This document shows positions 1-25,469 of a DNA stretch of 64,000 bases, one piece after another (the first letter of the stretch is position 1; every line of letters starts with the position of its first letter). The notes below the pieces were generated by a model. That model saw only the letters and a list, made by a program, of their open reading frames with translations, was not told the DNA's origin and searched no databases. The DNA lies in the NCBI GenBank assembly GCA_012295275.1, contig CM022675.1, forward strand, positions 11,904,001-11,968,000. The letters run 5' to 3'. Both the position numbers and the translations under genes were made by a program. Origin of the DNA: Chrysomallon squamiferum (lineage: Eukaryota; Animalia; Mollusca).

Positions 1-174
1 CGCTAAAGGAAAAGTGAATTCGTTATTTTTATTTTTATTTTTATTTTTTTCTTCCCCTTTTTTTTTCTTTCATCTCCTTCCCAAACGGTGATTTTGGTGC
101 GTAACAAACAACAACGACAACGTCAAAGAAATCAGTCGGGTATGACATGCAACTTCTTTACAAAAACGATTTGT

Positions 175-212
<38 letters not shown>

Positions 213-512
213 CGGAGGGTGTTCCCTGTAAAAGATTTTTTTATATATACAATTACAAAGCGAATAGAAGCTTAATTCAGCTAATATTTTTTTGATTTCA
301 GTTTGTATTCGTGTCGGTTTTATTACAGACTTTCCGTGATAAGTGTATTTATAGTAAAGGATCTGCTGAAGAAAAATAAAGAAGAAGAAGAAGAAGAAGA
401 AGAAGAAGAAGAAGAAAGAGAAGAAGAAGAAGAAGAAGATGATGATGACGACGACGAGGAAGAAGAAGAAGAAAAAAAAAAAATAAAATAAAATAAAATA
501 AATAAATAAACA

Positions 513-551
<39 letters not shown>

Positions 552-866
552 GCAAGCAAACAAAATAAGCAAGTAAGTAAATAAATATATAGTAGGAATA
601 ATAGGTGATATCCTTTTATTTATTAAATAAATAAATATATAATAGGAATAATAGGTGATATCCTTTTATTTATTTATTTCCATTTATTTAACGTATTTTT
701 TTTTTTCATTTTTAATTAGTAGACTGAGAAATTTTTTGTCTAATATATATTGTTTTTTATTTTTATCTATCTTTTTATCTGTATTTTGCCCTAATTTATT
801 TAATTTTATTTGTATATTTGATCAAACAAATTTGTACATGATATATTTATTTTTATCATTGTATAT

Positions 867-868
<2 letters not shown>

Positions 869-931
<63 letters not shown>

Positions 932-987
932 CTATAATAATAACTATGAAATTCATTTCACATGGACAGAAACAGATACACACACAC

Positions 988-1080
<93 letters not shown>

Positions 1081-1089
1081 GAGAGAGAC

Positions 1090-1170
<81 letters not shown>

Positions 1171-1188
1171 CACAGAGAGAGAGAGACA

Positions 1189-1230
<42 letters not shown>
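869..1230. repeat. (TA)n and (AG)n microsatellites
   Basis: Directly visible; representative of many (AAT)n, (AAAT)n, (CA)n and (CT)n tracts across the window. Confidence 0.95.
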
Positions 1231-1233
<3 letters not shown>

Positions 1234-1551
1234 GAATATTTCGGTAGAATATTAAATTGTAATACATATATATATATAAGTTCAGACAAACGGTAAGGGC
1301 ATTTTGAAGATATCAAAATAAAACTTACCTTCTTCGTTATGACCAGAATGCAAATAAAAAGCAAAAAATCAGGATAATACGTCGATTTCTGAGTAATCAA
1401 ATTTCAATCAGAGAGCAATAAACCAATTTCTGTCTGGTCGTTCACACGTACAAGCTCATGGTTGATATAATATAATTTCCTAACGAGCGTTGTAGCAGAC
1501 GGGAAGACGAGAGACGGGTTAATTTGGTTTGTTGTAGTAGTAGTGATAATG

Positions 1552-1607
<56 letters not shown>

Positions 1608-1708
1608 TTACGAAGTAATTTAAGTCACTTCTAAGTTTCTTCTTTTTTTTTTTTTTTTTACTAATTTGAATGGGTTAATTAATTAAAATAATTTGTTATA
1701 TATGCGGG

Positions 1709-1751
<43 letters not shown>

Positions 1752-1930
1752 CTATGTGATTGTGTGTAAATGTGTATGTTTATGTGTCTATGCAACAACC
1801 GTATCAAAATAACTAAAGCGATAATTTAAACATCATAGACTTTTACTTTTATTTTTTCTTTCGTCATTTTCATAAACTTCTGGATATTGTTGTTATAGTA
1901 ACTGTTACCGTTATTGCTGTAAGTGTGGAC

Positions 1931-2003
<73 letters not shown>

Positions 2004-2098
2004 TTATAGTATTATTAATATTACTATTGTTATTAATATTATTATTATTTTTTAATTATTTTAATTATTATTATAAATAAAATTAAAAAAAAAAGATT

Positions 2099-2165
<67 letters not shown>

Positions 2166-2609
2166 ACAAATATATAAATTAATAATCAATTACGCGATCT
2201 CCAACAAACTATACTAAGTAGGCGCTACTATACGTCCCAAAAGTCAAGTCTGTCAAAGAGTCGTCCACGTCACGATTTTACCCCAGTAATATATTCACTA
2301 CCTACACATCTGAGTACGTTCTTTATGATTTAAGTAGGACAAGAAAACACGGGGTGCTTTGTGGCCGATGACCTTGGTGCGTTGAGTTACATAAATAAAT
2401 TCAAACAGACGCACTAGCCGTGTTTTATGCAAAACAGCGAGGTAGATGAATACAAATTATAATTATTTTTTGTTAATGGTATTTATGTGCGTATGTGTGA
2501 ATCCGGTTTTGTAGACATGTATTTCATATATATATATATACACATATATATGTGTGTCTATATATATATATATACATACACACATATATATATATATATA
2601 TATATACAC

Positions 2610-2650
<41 letters not shown>

Positions 2651-2852
2651 CACACATATATATATATATACATATATACACATATGTATATATAGCTAGA
2701 TATATAGATATAGATATAGATATGTGTGTGTGTATGTTTATAACACACAATATATATATATATATACATATAATAAAACAACTAAAACAAGATTAATAAC
2801 AAAAACGACAATAATGACATCAATAGATATCAACAACAACAGCAGCAGCAGC

Positions 2853-2907
<55 letters not shown>

Positions 2908-4179
2908 GCAACGGCAAATAACAGTAATACTCAAACAAACAATTTGAATGAATCAAAGAAAGTAAGTAAGTAAGTAAATAAGTAAGTTAGTAAGTAAAAT
3001 GTTTTATTTAAACTGCTCGCGCTTGTAGATGAAAAGGAAAAGATAATCGTCAAACGTTTGCTTCTTTTTTTTTCTTTTATTCTTTTTAAACGCGAAAACT
3101 AATAAATTACTTAGATTATTTCTGACAGCCTGCCTTCGTCACTCTTCGTCAGTGAACACGTCAGTCGAGTGCAAGGTCATGATGCTCCAGGTCACTCTGT
3201 TTCTTCGGCGAGTTCGTGCCCATCACTCCAGCAATTTAAAGATTAAATAATTCTTGTGTCGCTTGTTTCTTTAATAATTTTTTTCTTCTTCTTTTTCCTT
3301 TTTATTTTTTATTTTTTTTTATTATTTATTTTATTTTAATGGTTTTTATTTTATTTATTTGTATGTTTATTACAGACGTTTTTATTATTATTATTATTAT
3401 TATATAATTTTATTATCGTCATCATAATAAATAACTAATAAAAAAAATATGATCTTCTAAACATTCATATGGCTAAAATAAACATATATATTTATGTATT
3501 GAACAAAAATCCCTTTATATATTATTTATGTGCGTATGCGTGTCCGTACTTACGTTTTTGTGGTCATTATTCATATAAAATAGTGTGATATTAATTATTG
3601 AAAAAACTTTAAAGAATTCCACTACTGACTTATTAATTTAATTTAATTCACGAAGAAATTTCTCCTCATTAATGATTAAACGTGTATGTGAATTTAATAG
3701 TTTTAATATTCCTTTAGTAACAATCGATAAGCTACAAGTAATTCAAGTACTTAAATTAAAGAAGGTAAAACGCGCATATATTCAGTTCAAAAGTCCAGTC
3801 ACCTTTGTAACTGGCGTGACATTTAATACAATTAAAAGAAAAGAAAAAAAAAAAAAAAATCACAGGATTTTTTAGATTTATTATATGCGCTCGAGTCTGC
3901 AAGGGGAAATTACTCTATTAAACTACATTTTTAAAATACAAGGTTGATTGATTATCTTCCCTGAACAAATGCATTTTTTTATTGAGGCCAGTTGTTTTTG
4001 TTTTTTTCAGTGTATGCGTGTGTCAGTTTGTGTGATCAACGAAATCAAGAAATAATGGACCTATATGTCTTTGACATCAACCTGCTTGATGACAAAAATA
4101 ATTTTGATTATCATTTTATCATTTGTGATTTAATTATTTGTGTGTGAGTGTGTGCGCATGAAATTTTTAAAGAAAAGTT

Positions 4180-4960
4180 TGTCAAATAATAATGTCTACT
4201 ATTAAGAAAACAAAGACATAATCATTTTAAATACAAAATTTAATGACATTAAAAACAATCAGTCATAATGTATCATTTGTGATTTAATTGATGTTAAAAT
4301 ATCACAGTCCGTATTAGCTAAAATAAGACTATTTTAAAAACAATATTTAATAACATTAAAAAGAAATATAAAGGTAATATGTAATCTAAAATAAAATGTT
4401 TCTTAAAACAATATTTAGTGATATTAAAAAGAAATATTTAAAAGGACGTAATATTTAAATAAAAAGATATGGTGATAAATATATTTAAAACAATATTTAG
4501 TCACATTAAAAAGAAACATTTAGAAAAAAAAAAAGCAGACGATATAAAATTTATCTGAGTGATCACATAAATGTGATTCAAAATAAAATTATTTTGAAAA
4601 TTATATTTAATGACATTAGAAATAAATATTAAAAAAGGCACAATATATAATATTAAAAGATATTTGGTGTTAAATAATATAGAGATTGATCTAAAATAAA
4701 ATTATTCTCAAAAAAGGTATTTAGCCACATTAAAAAGTAATTTAAAAAACACATATGTGTAATTTATCTGATGTCAAAAATCAGAGATTCAATAATATTT
4801 AATCACATTAAAAAGAAATATTAAACATTCACAAGACTTAATATAAAAGATATTTGTTCATTATCACAATTGTCAATGAAAGAAAAAATTTGTAAAAACA
4901 AAACTCAGTGAAATTAAAAACAAACATTAAAAATAATCAATCATATTATGCATTATAAAA
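4180..4960. repeat. Highly degenerate AT-rich tandem repeat
   Basis: AATATTTAATGACATTAAAAAGAAATATT-like motif recurs about eight times at ~70-120 bp spacing. Confidence 0.6.
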
Positions 4961-6718
4961 TGCCTTATCACAACTAATGGAAACAGGGAAAAATAATAAT
5001 AATTTAAAAACAAAACATTTTCTTAATAAAGATTATATGCATCAAGTAAGATTATATATGCATTTTCTTTTTCTTTTTCTATTATTATTATTTTCTGATA
5101 CTAAAATTTCAAGTTAAGAACTTGCAAATAATATTTTGAATAAAACTGACTACAAGTTTATTTACTTTCCATTTTTATCAGTAATTCAAAACTTGCAAAC
5201 AAACAAAGACAAGGTATCACTTGAACATTTGAGCAAAAATCTTTCTTTAACAAAGATCAGTAACAAACAGATTTAAAACAATAATTAGATACAGTAAATT
5301 AATAAAATCAATTAAAAAATAGATTTGAGCATTTCATTCGATGTTTCCTGTTAAAGATTAAAAAATGTAAGTAATTTTATTAAAAAACCCAAAATATATA
5401 TATCACAGATGTGCCTTAAGTACAGTGTTTAAAAGCACAACAAAAAAAATAAAAAAACAATCAGATAGGTACACAAATATCACAGGTAATGTAACATAAT
5501 ATTGTTCCACCAGGTGTACACTGTTGTTAAAATACTAAAGTCAACAAATATTAAATAAATAAACAAATGTATTGGGTTCTTAGTCAAAAAGCCCACAGTT
5601 ATACTATACAGAGTTCTGAAACAATGAAACACTTTGTAAAATTCACTATTAACAAAAGAGAAGAAATAAGCAACATTAACAAGATGCTGCCAGTCACAAA
5701 CAACAATTAAATATATTGTACTGTATAGATTATCTTACATCTCATATAATTATATTGATAAAATTACAACAACAAAAAACATAAAAAACAAAAAAAACAA
5801 AAAAAAAAACAAAACAACAGCTAAATTTTGAATACAAAAAAAATTAAAACAGTTTTACATACACTTACATATATATATATTGCTGAAAGTTCTTCAAATC
5901 TAACTACAAAAATATATTATGTTCCTAAATGTACATTAAAAAGATAATAATAAAGTTTATGAAACCACAAAAATTCATTTTTACATGAACATATATAAAA
6001 AAAACAAACAAAAATAGTTAACATTTATCTACATAACTATGTATTATATGAAATGAAAATGATTTAAAATACATAAAGACATTTTAATTGTGTAATTACT
6101 GAACTCAGTTTAACATGTAAAACCTTACACCAGAATATTCTTCTAGTAAAATATGGAATGTTCAACAGCATCAAAAAAAAATGACAAACTTTTATCATAT
6201 GCTTAGTTCATTTGAATTTTATGATTCTAAATAGGTTATGAAAATTTGTAATGCCATCTTATTACTTATTTTAATAATGTTTACATCATTACGATATGTA
6301 TTAAAATCAAGTACCTTGTATACACATATTTACAAATAATAGTATATTGATTTGTACATAAAATATATATTTTTACATATTCTTGTTTTTATAATTGTAA
6401 ATATTAATTTGTACATAAAACAGAGATTTTATTTTTATATATTCTTATTTTTAAATATCCCATTATTGCTATAAACAGACTGGTGCCATAATAAAATTCC
6501 TAAAAACAACAACAACAAAAGCAAATTTTAGAAAAATAAATTCTCGGGATTAATAATAAATAAATATGAAATTGTACAAATGATTAGAAATGAGAGAAAA
6601 TTCAGGTACACAAGAAGTTAAATCAAACACAGGAAAAAAATCTCAATTCTTACACAGGCTTTCTGTATGTGTGGCAAATTTAAAAAATAATTACTTTGAG
6701 AAACTTTTAAAAATAAAA

Positions 6719-6749
<31 letters not shown>

Positions 6750-6756
6750 AAAAAAA

Positions 6757-6787
<31 letters not shown>

Positions 6788-8109
6788 TTAAAGTCTACAA
6801 ATAAGTTTACATAAAATTATATATCAAAATAAATACACAGAAAAATTAAAAATAAAATTACATCCAGAAAAGGTTTAAGATAAAATTATATTCAGATGGT
6901 TTTTCAAACATGTTAAAAATAAAACAGAAACCAAGAAAAACATATTTTTTAAACATTTGTTAAAGAAATAAAACAACATTAATGCAATTATTTAAAGATG
7001 TGTATCTAAGGAACTGACATGATTAAAATTATCAAAATGTAAATGAAAAATAATCACTGATATATTAAACATTTCATTACAAAAATTTCCTCTTATCAAA
7101 TAATAAATGAGCAAAATCTAAAAATCACAGGTGTAACAAATTTGAGCAAAACCTTACTACATAAATACATTTTTGTTTTTTCACTCATAAATATCTGTGT
7201 TTGTAAATTAAAATGTACTAACAAACCACAAACAACATAAAATTGGCAAATAATTACATACATTTACAGTATAAATAAATTTGTAAAAGTTTGATTATTC
7301 ACATTTTTGGTAAAATTATATTTATGTATAATTGCATAATAATTTAAATTTTTTATATATATTACAAAATTCAGGGGTTTTTTTTTGTTGTTGTTGTTTT
7401 TGATTTTTTAATTAATAAAACCCCCTCAAAATATCCCCAAAACAACAATAGAATGTATAGCATATATATCAAGAAAATTAACTTATTAAGTGCATATTAA
7501 CTGCATTTATATATTTATACATAATAAAAACAAAATAATAATAAAAATTATTTTAAAAACGAAGAAAGACAAAGAGAAGAAGATAATTAACATGAAGATA
7601 ACATTACACCCAAAATTATAAATATTTCCCTGATTTTGTCATTTATATATCCTGAGAAAATGCAAAAAGGCTCAACATGTGACATTTCAAAATACAAACA
7701 CACTCCAGTTCATTAAAATTAATGTTGTCTTAAATAAGAAATTAAAATTACTATAAAAAATAAAATTAACATTAAAATTAAAATTATTAAAGAACTGAAG
7801 TATAAAATTAATGACAAAGCATAAAAGAAAATAATTCATAGAAAATTATACTTATTTAAAAATATGTTAATCTTACCCCATAATCTTACTTATTTAAAAA
7901 CAAATGCTAAACTAAACCTAAGAAATGTGATGTTAAAGATGCTAATGACCTTTGGAGTCCTGGGTAAAGTAATCATCATATAAAGCTTCAGCTGCCAGTT
8001 TTTTCATTTGACTTTCCTTTCTTCAGAAATTAATATGTTTAGCATGCTCCTAATATAACCAGTGTAGATTTCGAATAAATTCCAACCTTCGTAGATCGTA
8101 ATAATGCAG

Positions 8110-19185
<11,076 letters not shown>

Positions 19186-19189
<4 letters not shown>

Positions 19190-19802
19190 CTGTAAGATAT
19201 TTTTATACATTAGCTGTAATATATTTACACATGAACTGTAATATATCAACAAATTAGCTGTAATATATTTACACATGAACTGTAATATATCAACACATTA
19301 GCTGTAATATATTTACACATGAACTGTAATATATCAACACATTAGCTGTAATATATTTACACATGAACTGTAATATATCAACACATTAGCTGTAATATAT
19401 CAACACATTAGTTGTCATATATCAACACATTAGTTGTCATATATCAACACATTAGCTGTAATATATCAACACATTAGTTGTCATATATCAACACAGCTGT
19501 CATATATCAACATGTTAGCTGTCATATGTCAACATATTTGCTATAACATATCTTAGGTTTTATCTTTAATATCTAATATCAACTCATAAGCTGCAATATA
19601 TCAGAACATTGGCTACAATGTATCAAAACATTAACTATATACTTCAGTCGTATTTTTGGTATCTACTATCAACATATTAGCTGTAATATATCAGCACATT
19701 AGCTGTGATATATCAATACATTAGCACATTTGCTGTAATATATCAACACATTAGATGTAATAAAGTAATATGTTAGAAGTAATATAATCAAGACATTAGC
19801 TG
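19186..19802. repeat. ~22-bp minisatellite running into the gap
   Basis: Repeated ACACATTAGCTGTAATATATCA-like units starting at the exon acceptor. Confidence 0.9.
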
Positions 19803-20002
19803 NNNNNNNNNNNNNNNNNNNNNNNNNNNNNNNNNNNNNNNNNNNNNNNNNNNNNNNNNNNNNNNNNNNNNNNNNNNNNNNNNNNNNNNNNNNNNNNNNN
19901 NNNNNNNNNNNNNNNNNNNNNNNNNNNNNNNNNNNNNNNNNNNNNNNNNNNNNNNNNNNNNNNNNNNNNNNNNNNNNNNNNNNNNNNNNNNNNNNNNNNN
20001 NN
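19803..20002. other. Assembly gap (200 N)
   Basis: Fixed-length N run typical of a scaffolding join. Confidence 1.
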
Positions 20003-20033
20003 TTGTTGTACTTCGTTCAGTTACGTATTGCTA

Positions 20034-21369
20034 AAGGAAGACGGGTCAGTGGTGTCCCGGGACCTGTATCACTGAGTGATCGTCTCGTTTCAGTTTACTG
20101 CAGTTAAAAGGTACTTTAAAACTACTGTCGTATCACTACTTCCACTTCATTACCACTGCTTCTTGGTAATGCTGTACTACTACAATTAGCACAACTTTCT
20201 TGCGCAGTATTTGGTAATGTTATATTCGTGGTTGTGGGGCTATATTACTACTACACCTTCGTAATGCTGTATTCTTACGACTTCTTGATAAAGTTCATGG
20301 GTAGGTCTATATGCTAACTACATCTTGCTAATGCTGTATGAGTGCTACGTCTTTGTTATGCATTCCAATTTCTTCTTGCTAAACTTCTAACCCTGCTTCC
20401 TTCACCTGAAGTTACATTACGACTACTTCTTCATTTTGACTACTACTACAATACTGGTAATGCTATATTATTACTACTTGCTGCTGATGGTATGTAATAT
20501 TACTACTGCATCTTTCTCATGCTGGAATACTACTATTTCTGACTAATGTTACATTGCTGCTGTTTTTTGTTAAGTGCTGTGTTGCTAGTATATCCCTCTA
20601 CTACCTCCTATTAATGCTATGTTTCTGCTACATATTGGTAATGTATTAGTAATACCTCACTGCTTGATGCTAAGGTTACGTTACCACTACGTTTTTTTCT
20701 AACACAAACACTGCATCTTCTGCTGCTGTACTGCTACTAACTGAAGGTAATGTTTATTGCTACAACTTCTTGGCAATCCTACATCATTGCTACAACTTGG
20801 TAATCCAATACATCGTGTTACTGCTGTGTTACTACCAAATGCTGCTGTTACTATATTACCACCGTTTCTTCAGAACCCAATACTGATACCGTTATATTAT
20901 TACTACTTCTTGCTAATGCTCTATTACTCCTACTTCTTGCTAATCGTATATTATTACTACTTTTTTTAATGCTGTATCAGTACTAATTCTTGCTACCTCT
21001 ACACTACTACTTCTTGCTTATTCTGTATTTGTTTCTAGTGCCAAATTGATACTAATTATTATTGCTTTTCACTAATGCTCTATTCCTACTAATTCTTGCT
21101 AAGGACATTTTACCACTACTTCTTGCTAACACTATGTAACAACAACTTTTTGCTAATGTTATACTACTGCTGCTTTTTCGTAATGGTAATTACTACTGAT
21201 TCTTACTACTTTCATTAATATTGCTAGTACTACTTCACTGTTACTATTACCATAACTACTAATATTATTACTAACACTACTACTACTACTAAAGCTTTTG
21301 CTAACGTTGCCACTCTAATGCAGGTAATACTGGTTTTAGCACTGTTAATGTTACTATTACTATACTAAG

Positions 21370-21431
<62 letters not shown>

Positions 21432-21516
21432 GACCACTACTACGCCAACTTCTTGTTACCATAGTAATCAAACCAGCTGTTCTAGTATTACTTCTACTGT
21501 TACTTTCCTAGCACCA

Positions 21517-21583
<67 letters not shown>

Positions 21584-23493
21584 GACAACAGTAACAAAAA
21601 GAAAAGTTGTAATAATAGTTACAATACATGTAGTGGTTGGCTAGAGTTATACTATACTTCTGGTTATTGTTATCGTTATTGGTTTTGTTATTATGATTAT
21701 AATTTTCGTTATTATTTATGTTATATACGTATATAACTGGTGTAACAACTGGCTTTATTTTATATTTGTTAGGATTTTATCAAAAAATCCTCTTGGTATC
21801 GTGTACAAGTACTAATGGACTGACAGGAAATGATCTGGAGTCTATGGCAATTATAACAGACAGGTAATATTTGCTAACAGTATCAGTTTTCTTCTTGAGC
21901 TCAGTAAAAATTATTTTAGCTTGCTTTCACTACAAATTTCTAATCCTATGTTTTCTGTCTAAATTTCAAATAATCTTAGGTGTCACATATTCATTTCTTT
22001 GTTTGTTATGTTTATTAACATTTGTATTTGTTTATAAATTAATTAATTCATTTATTTAATGATCAGTTTGTTTCATTTTGCTCGCAGTCTTGTTGGGCTT
22101 ACTAAGTTATTTACTTATTTTCTTTCTGCATTACTTACTTGTAGCTGCCCAGAAGAAAATCTTGGAAAACTTTGGAAGCAGAAACCTAATCTTCTGACCA
22201 ATGTTTCAATCAGTTTCCAGTTGCAAGCGTTCAAGTTTAACACTGCCCCATCAGTTGAAATGACCTGTAGCTTGAAGCTGTGTTCTGCTGCCGAAGTCCA
22301 GATGTGTAATCCAGTAAGTATCAGAAATTCTTCACATTCTTACTCTCTACATTCCTCCTACTAAAGTAGTATTCTAGCTGAACATGCAAATTTTGCTAAA
22401 GTACCAATCTTCAATCTGAGATTCACAATAATATGGAAAACTGTATAAGATACGACCCTTTTTTTGGCACCATAATTACCATATAACGAAGGATCTTACA
22501 GATGACAGACGAAATTCCCATACACAGATGAATGTATTTTAGAATATATGTGTTATTGTTCTTGTTGTTGTGGATGTAATTAATGGCCGTTTTGGCACCG
22601 TAATTATACATGATGAGAGTCGAAATTCTCACAGACAGAAAAGCATGTGTTGTCCCTTTGATGAACATACTGATCTAGATGTCTCCATGTACGTAAGAAT
22701 GTTATGTTTCTATCTTGTCGAGATTCTACTGAGAATGAAAAATGGGATTGACGGAGGTGTGTTACAGATGCTGTTGTTGTTGTTGATGATGTAATTAAAT
22801 AACACGTACTTTCAGGATCCCTGCCATGAAGGAAGGAGAAAGCGTCGATCAACAGAAAACTCTGATGTTACTGTGAAGAAAACATTTGTCATTGAATTTT
22901 ATGAAGACACAAAATCATCAGGTAAATCTGTCAATTATTTTACCTGCCTGTGTTTCTTTCTGATACGGATATAAACATTTCATTGTCTGTGTGTGTCTGT
23001 CAGTTTGTATGTCTAGCTGTTTCTCACTGTGTATATATAATTATATATCTCTGCTTTTCTTTTAGCATGTCTGTTTCTTTATCTATCTTCCTCTTTGCCT
23101 AATTGTGTTTATGTTTCTGTATCTATCTGTCTGTGTGTCTGTCGGTCTCTCTGTCTGTCTGTCTGTCTCTGTGTGTTTATCTGTATTGATAGTCTCCATA
23201 CCTGTCCATTCATCCGTATAGTAATAAGTTAGCAATTATAATAGTAACATTTATATATATAATGTCATCACCATCCTAAGTATTATTTCTTTTATTATAC
23301 AGGATCACTGGAGGACAAGAACGCAGATGAAGGTCAAGGGGAGACTTCTGGTAACAAATCCAGTCCTGAATCTCAAATCATCATCCCCCTGGTTGTAGGC
23401 GTTGCCATAGCAACGTTACTGATTGTTCTCATTGTTGTTTTCGCTGTCGTACTTCTGCGGAAAAGACAGAGGAAAGAAAATTCTGAAAATTAG
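20034..23493 (+). CDS. EGF-ZP gene copy, 3' part (exons 6-10); 5' part lost at the gap
   Basis: Indel-containing exon 6 remnant at the contig edge (~20034-20110); intact exons 21773-21863, 22145-22313, 22816-22921 (DPCHEGRRKRRS) and 23303-23493, offset 17740 bp from the complete copy. Confidence 0.8.
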
Positions 23494-23665
23494 AAAACTT
23501 CAGTTTTCTTCAGCGGCCATCATTGAAAGACGCTTTTGTTATTTTTATATATTTTTTAAAATGCTTTGACTTTCTGCTTCCGTTTTCTAACTACACCTTG
23601 TCATAAATATTTTCTTTTATATTTTATTATTCTTCATATTTATGGCATTATTATTATTGTTGTTG

Positions 23666-23717
<52 letters not shown>

Positions 23718-24051
23718 GTAAGCAAATTTTATTATATACTGCTTGGTTTATTAATAAATTATAACATTTTAAATCAGTTTATTATTATTATTGGTGGTGG
23801 TGTTATATTCTTTTTCATTGAATTAATTAATTATTTATTTATTTATGTATTTATTTCATAGACTAGGATTTTGTATTTTCATCTTCTTCTTATTTTTCAC
23901 TTACGCCTCAATTTGTCTGCCAAAGCTTCAACTGCCGCTGACAATAATTGATCATTTAAATATTTCTAACTGAATAAATAAAACATACTGCTTCAATTAT
24001 TTTGTTTGTTATGACTAAAAAGACAGAGTGAGTGAGATAAAAACGATTTAA

Positions 24052-25184
24052 GATGATCAAGGTAACTAACTCTTGTAATCCTTTACTACTGGGTAAATGC
24101 GTACAAGAGTTAACTCTCTTCGGCTGCACTGATCTATAAACTGAAACGCAATGCCAAGTGTATCGTAGTTGATAAATTCATTAATTTTTTGTTTTGTTGT
24201 TGGAACAAAATGAGAGAACTGAGAAAAGCTAACAGCGTGGAAATAGTGAATAGATCAGCCTAACCCTCGACATATATTTTATAGTTCTGCTGTTTTGAAA
24301 ATAAAGTTATCCAATACGCACTTTTATTCTTTCTTTTTTTTTTTTTAATTTGTAATAGTGAAAGGATAAGTATTCCATAAATCATTGTATTTTAACAGTC
24401 AAGCAATATTCAGTTTATTCAGTCAGTTGTTTGACATTTCTCTACATCCATGTCTGAAATATGCTGGTCTTGGGCAGCCATTCTTTCAAGATACCTGCAC
24501 CGTTTGTATTAATTTACTGTCACACATTTCAGTTACTAAGTTTCTACTAATCAACGACAAAACTTCATCACTAGTAAAATAACTTTTTGTTTCATAAAAA
24601 TTAAAAATATTTTTCTTAGTGCGCTGCATTTTTTTTTCGCTATTAAAATAAATAAACAAAAAAGAAAACTAAAGAAAAAAGGAACGAAAGAAAGAAAAAA
24701 CATCGAGCACTGAATCATTTCAACTCTTAATAATTTAAATTATGACAAAAAAAAATTCTGTTTTACTAATATCAACCGTATAGAAATGACCTTTGCTTAG
24801 ACGAAATGCAACAGTAACAAAACAAAAAATATAATAGATATTCTTGTCGTTGCTGGAAATGGATATTAACTGGTTAGGGTAAAAGGTTCGACATGTCCAG
24901 AAATTGTCAGATGTTCATGAATTGGATCTAAATTAATTAGAATTCCCAGCAGTAAGTAACTCAGAAATACTGAAGGCCAAATTCACTTCACTGAAACACG
25001 ACATCAGAATTTATCATGTTACTTACACTGAAATGAACATAGATTATGATAAATGAACAATACCTATCTCACCTGTGACACATGTCACTGCTTTCAGTTT
25101 ATAGATCAGTGCAACCGAAGAGAGTTAACTCTTGTACGCATTTACTGAGTAGTAAGGATACAAGAGTTAGTTACCTTGATCATC
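24052..25184. mobile_element. Non-autonomous DNA transposon / foldback-like element with ~95-bp terminal inverted repeats
   Basis: GATGATCAAGGTAACTAACTCTTGTA...GCACTGATCTATAAACTGAAA (24052-~24146) is inverted at ~25092-25184; no transposase ORF recognised and no clear TSD. Confidence 0.65.
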
Positions 25185-25413
25185 GTGTTACAGGAGAGAG
25201 AGAGAGAGCAAAAAAAAAAACCAATTCATATTTTCTTTTATAGTGTAAATTATTGATATCTTTTACAAAATATTAAAACTTATGTTTTTAATTTATATTT
25301 TCATAGATATATATTTATAACAGCTTAATGCATTCATTTTGTTTTCAATGAAAGAAATGCCCCAAAAAGATTTCTTCAGAAAAATGTCATCAACACTTTC
25401 AAATTACTTGTTG

Positions 25414-25469
<56 letters not shown>

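Noticed and set aside
132-2956. Long ORFs such as 655-1296 (ER repeats) and 132-572
   Set aside because: They are translations of (AG)n, (TA)n, (GAA)n and (AAAT)n microsatellites, with no domain content.
20003-20110. Frameshifts in exon 6 as evidence that the first copy is a pseudogene
   Set aside because: The indels are confined to ~100 bp at a contig end, where consensus quality is usually poor; the downstream exons are intact.
20757-20969. ORF MLQLLGNPTS... (also 38453-38803)
   Set aside because: Low-complexity TAC-rich intron sequence, and the ORF length differs between copies.
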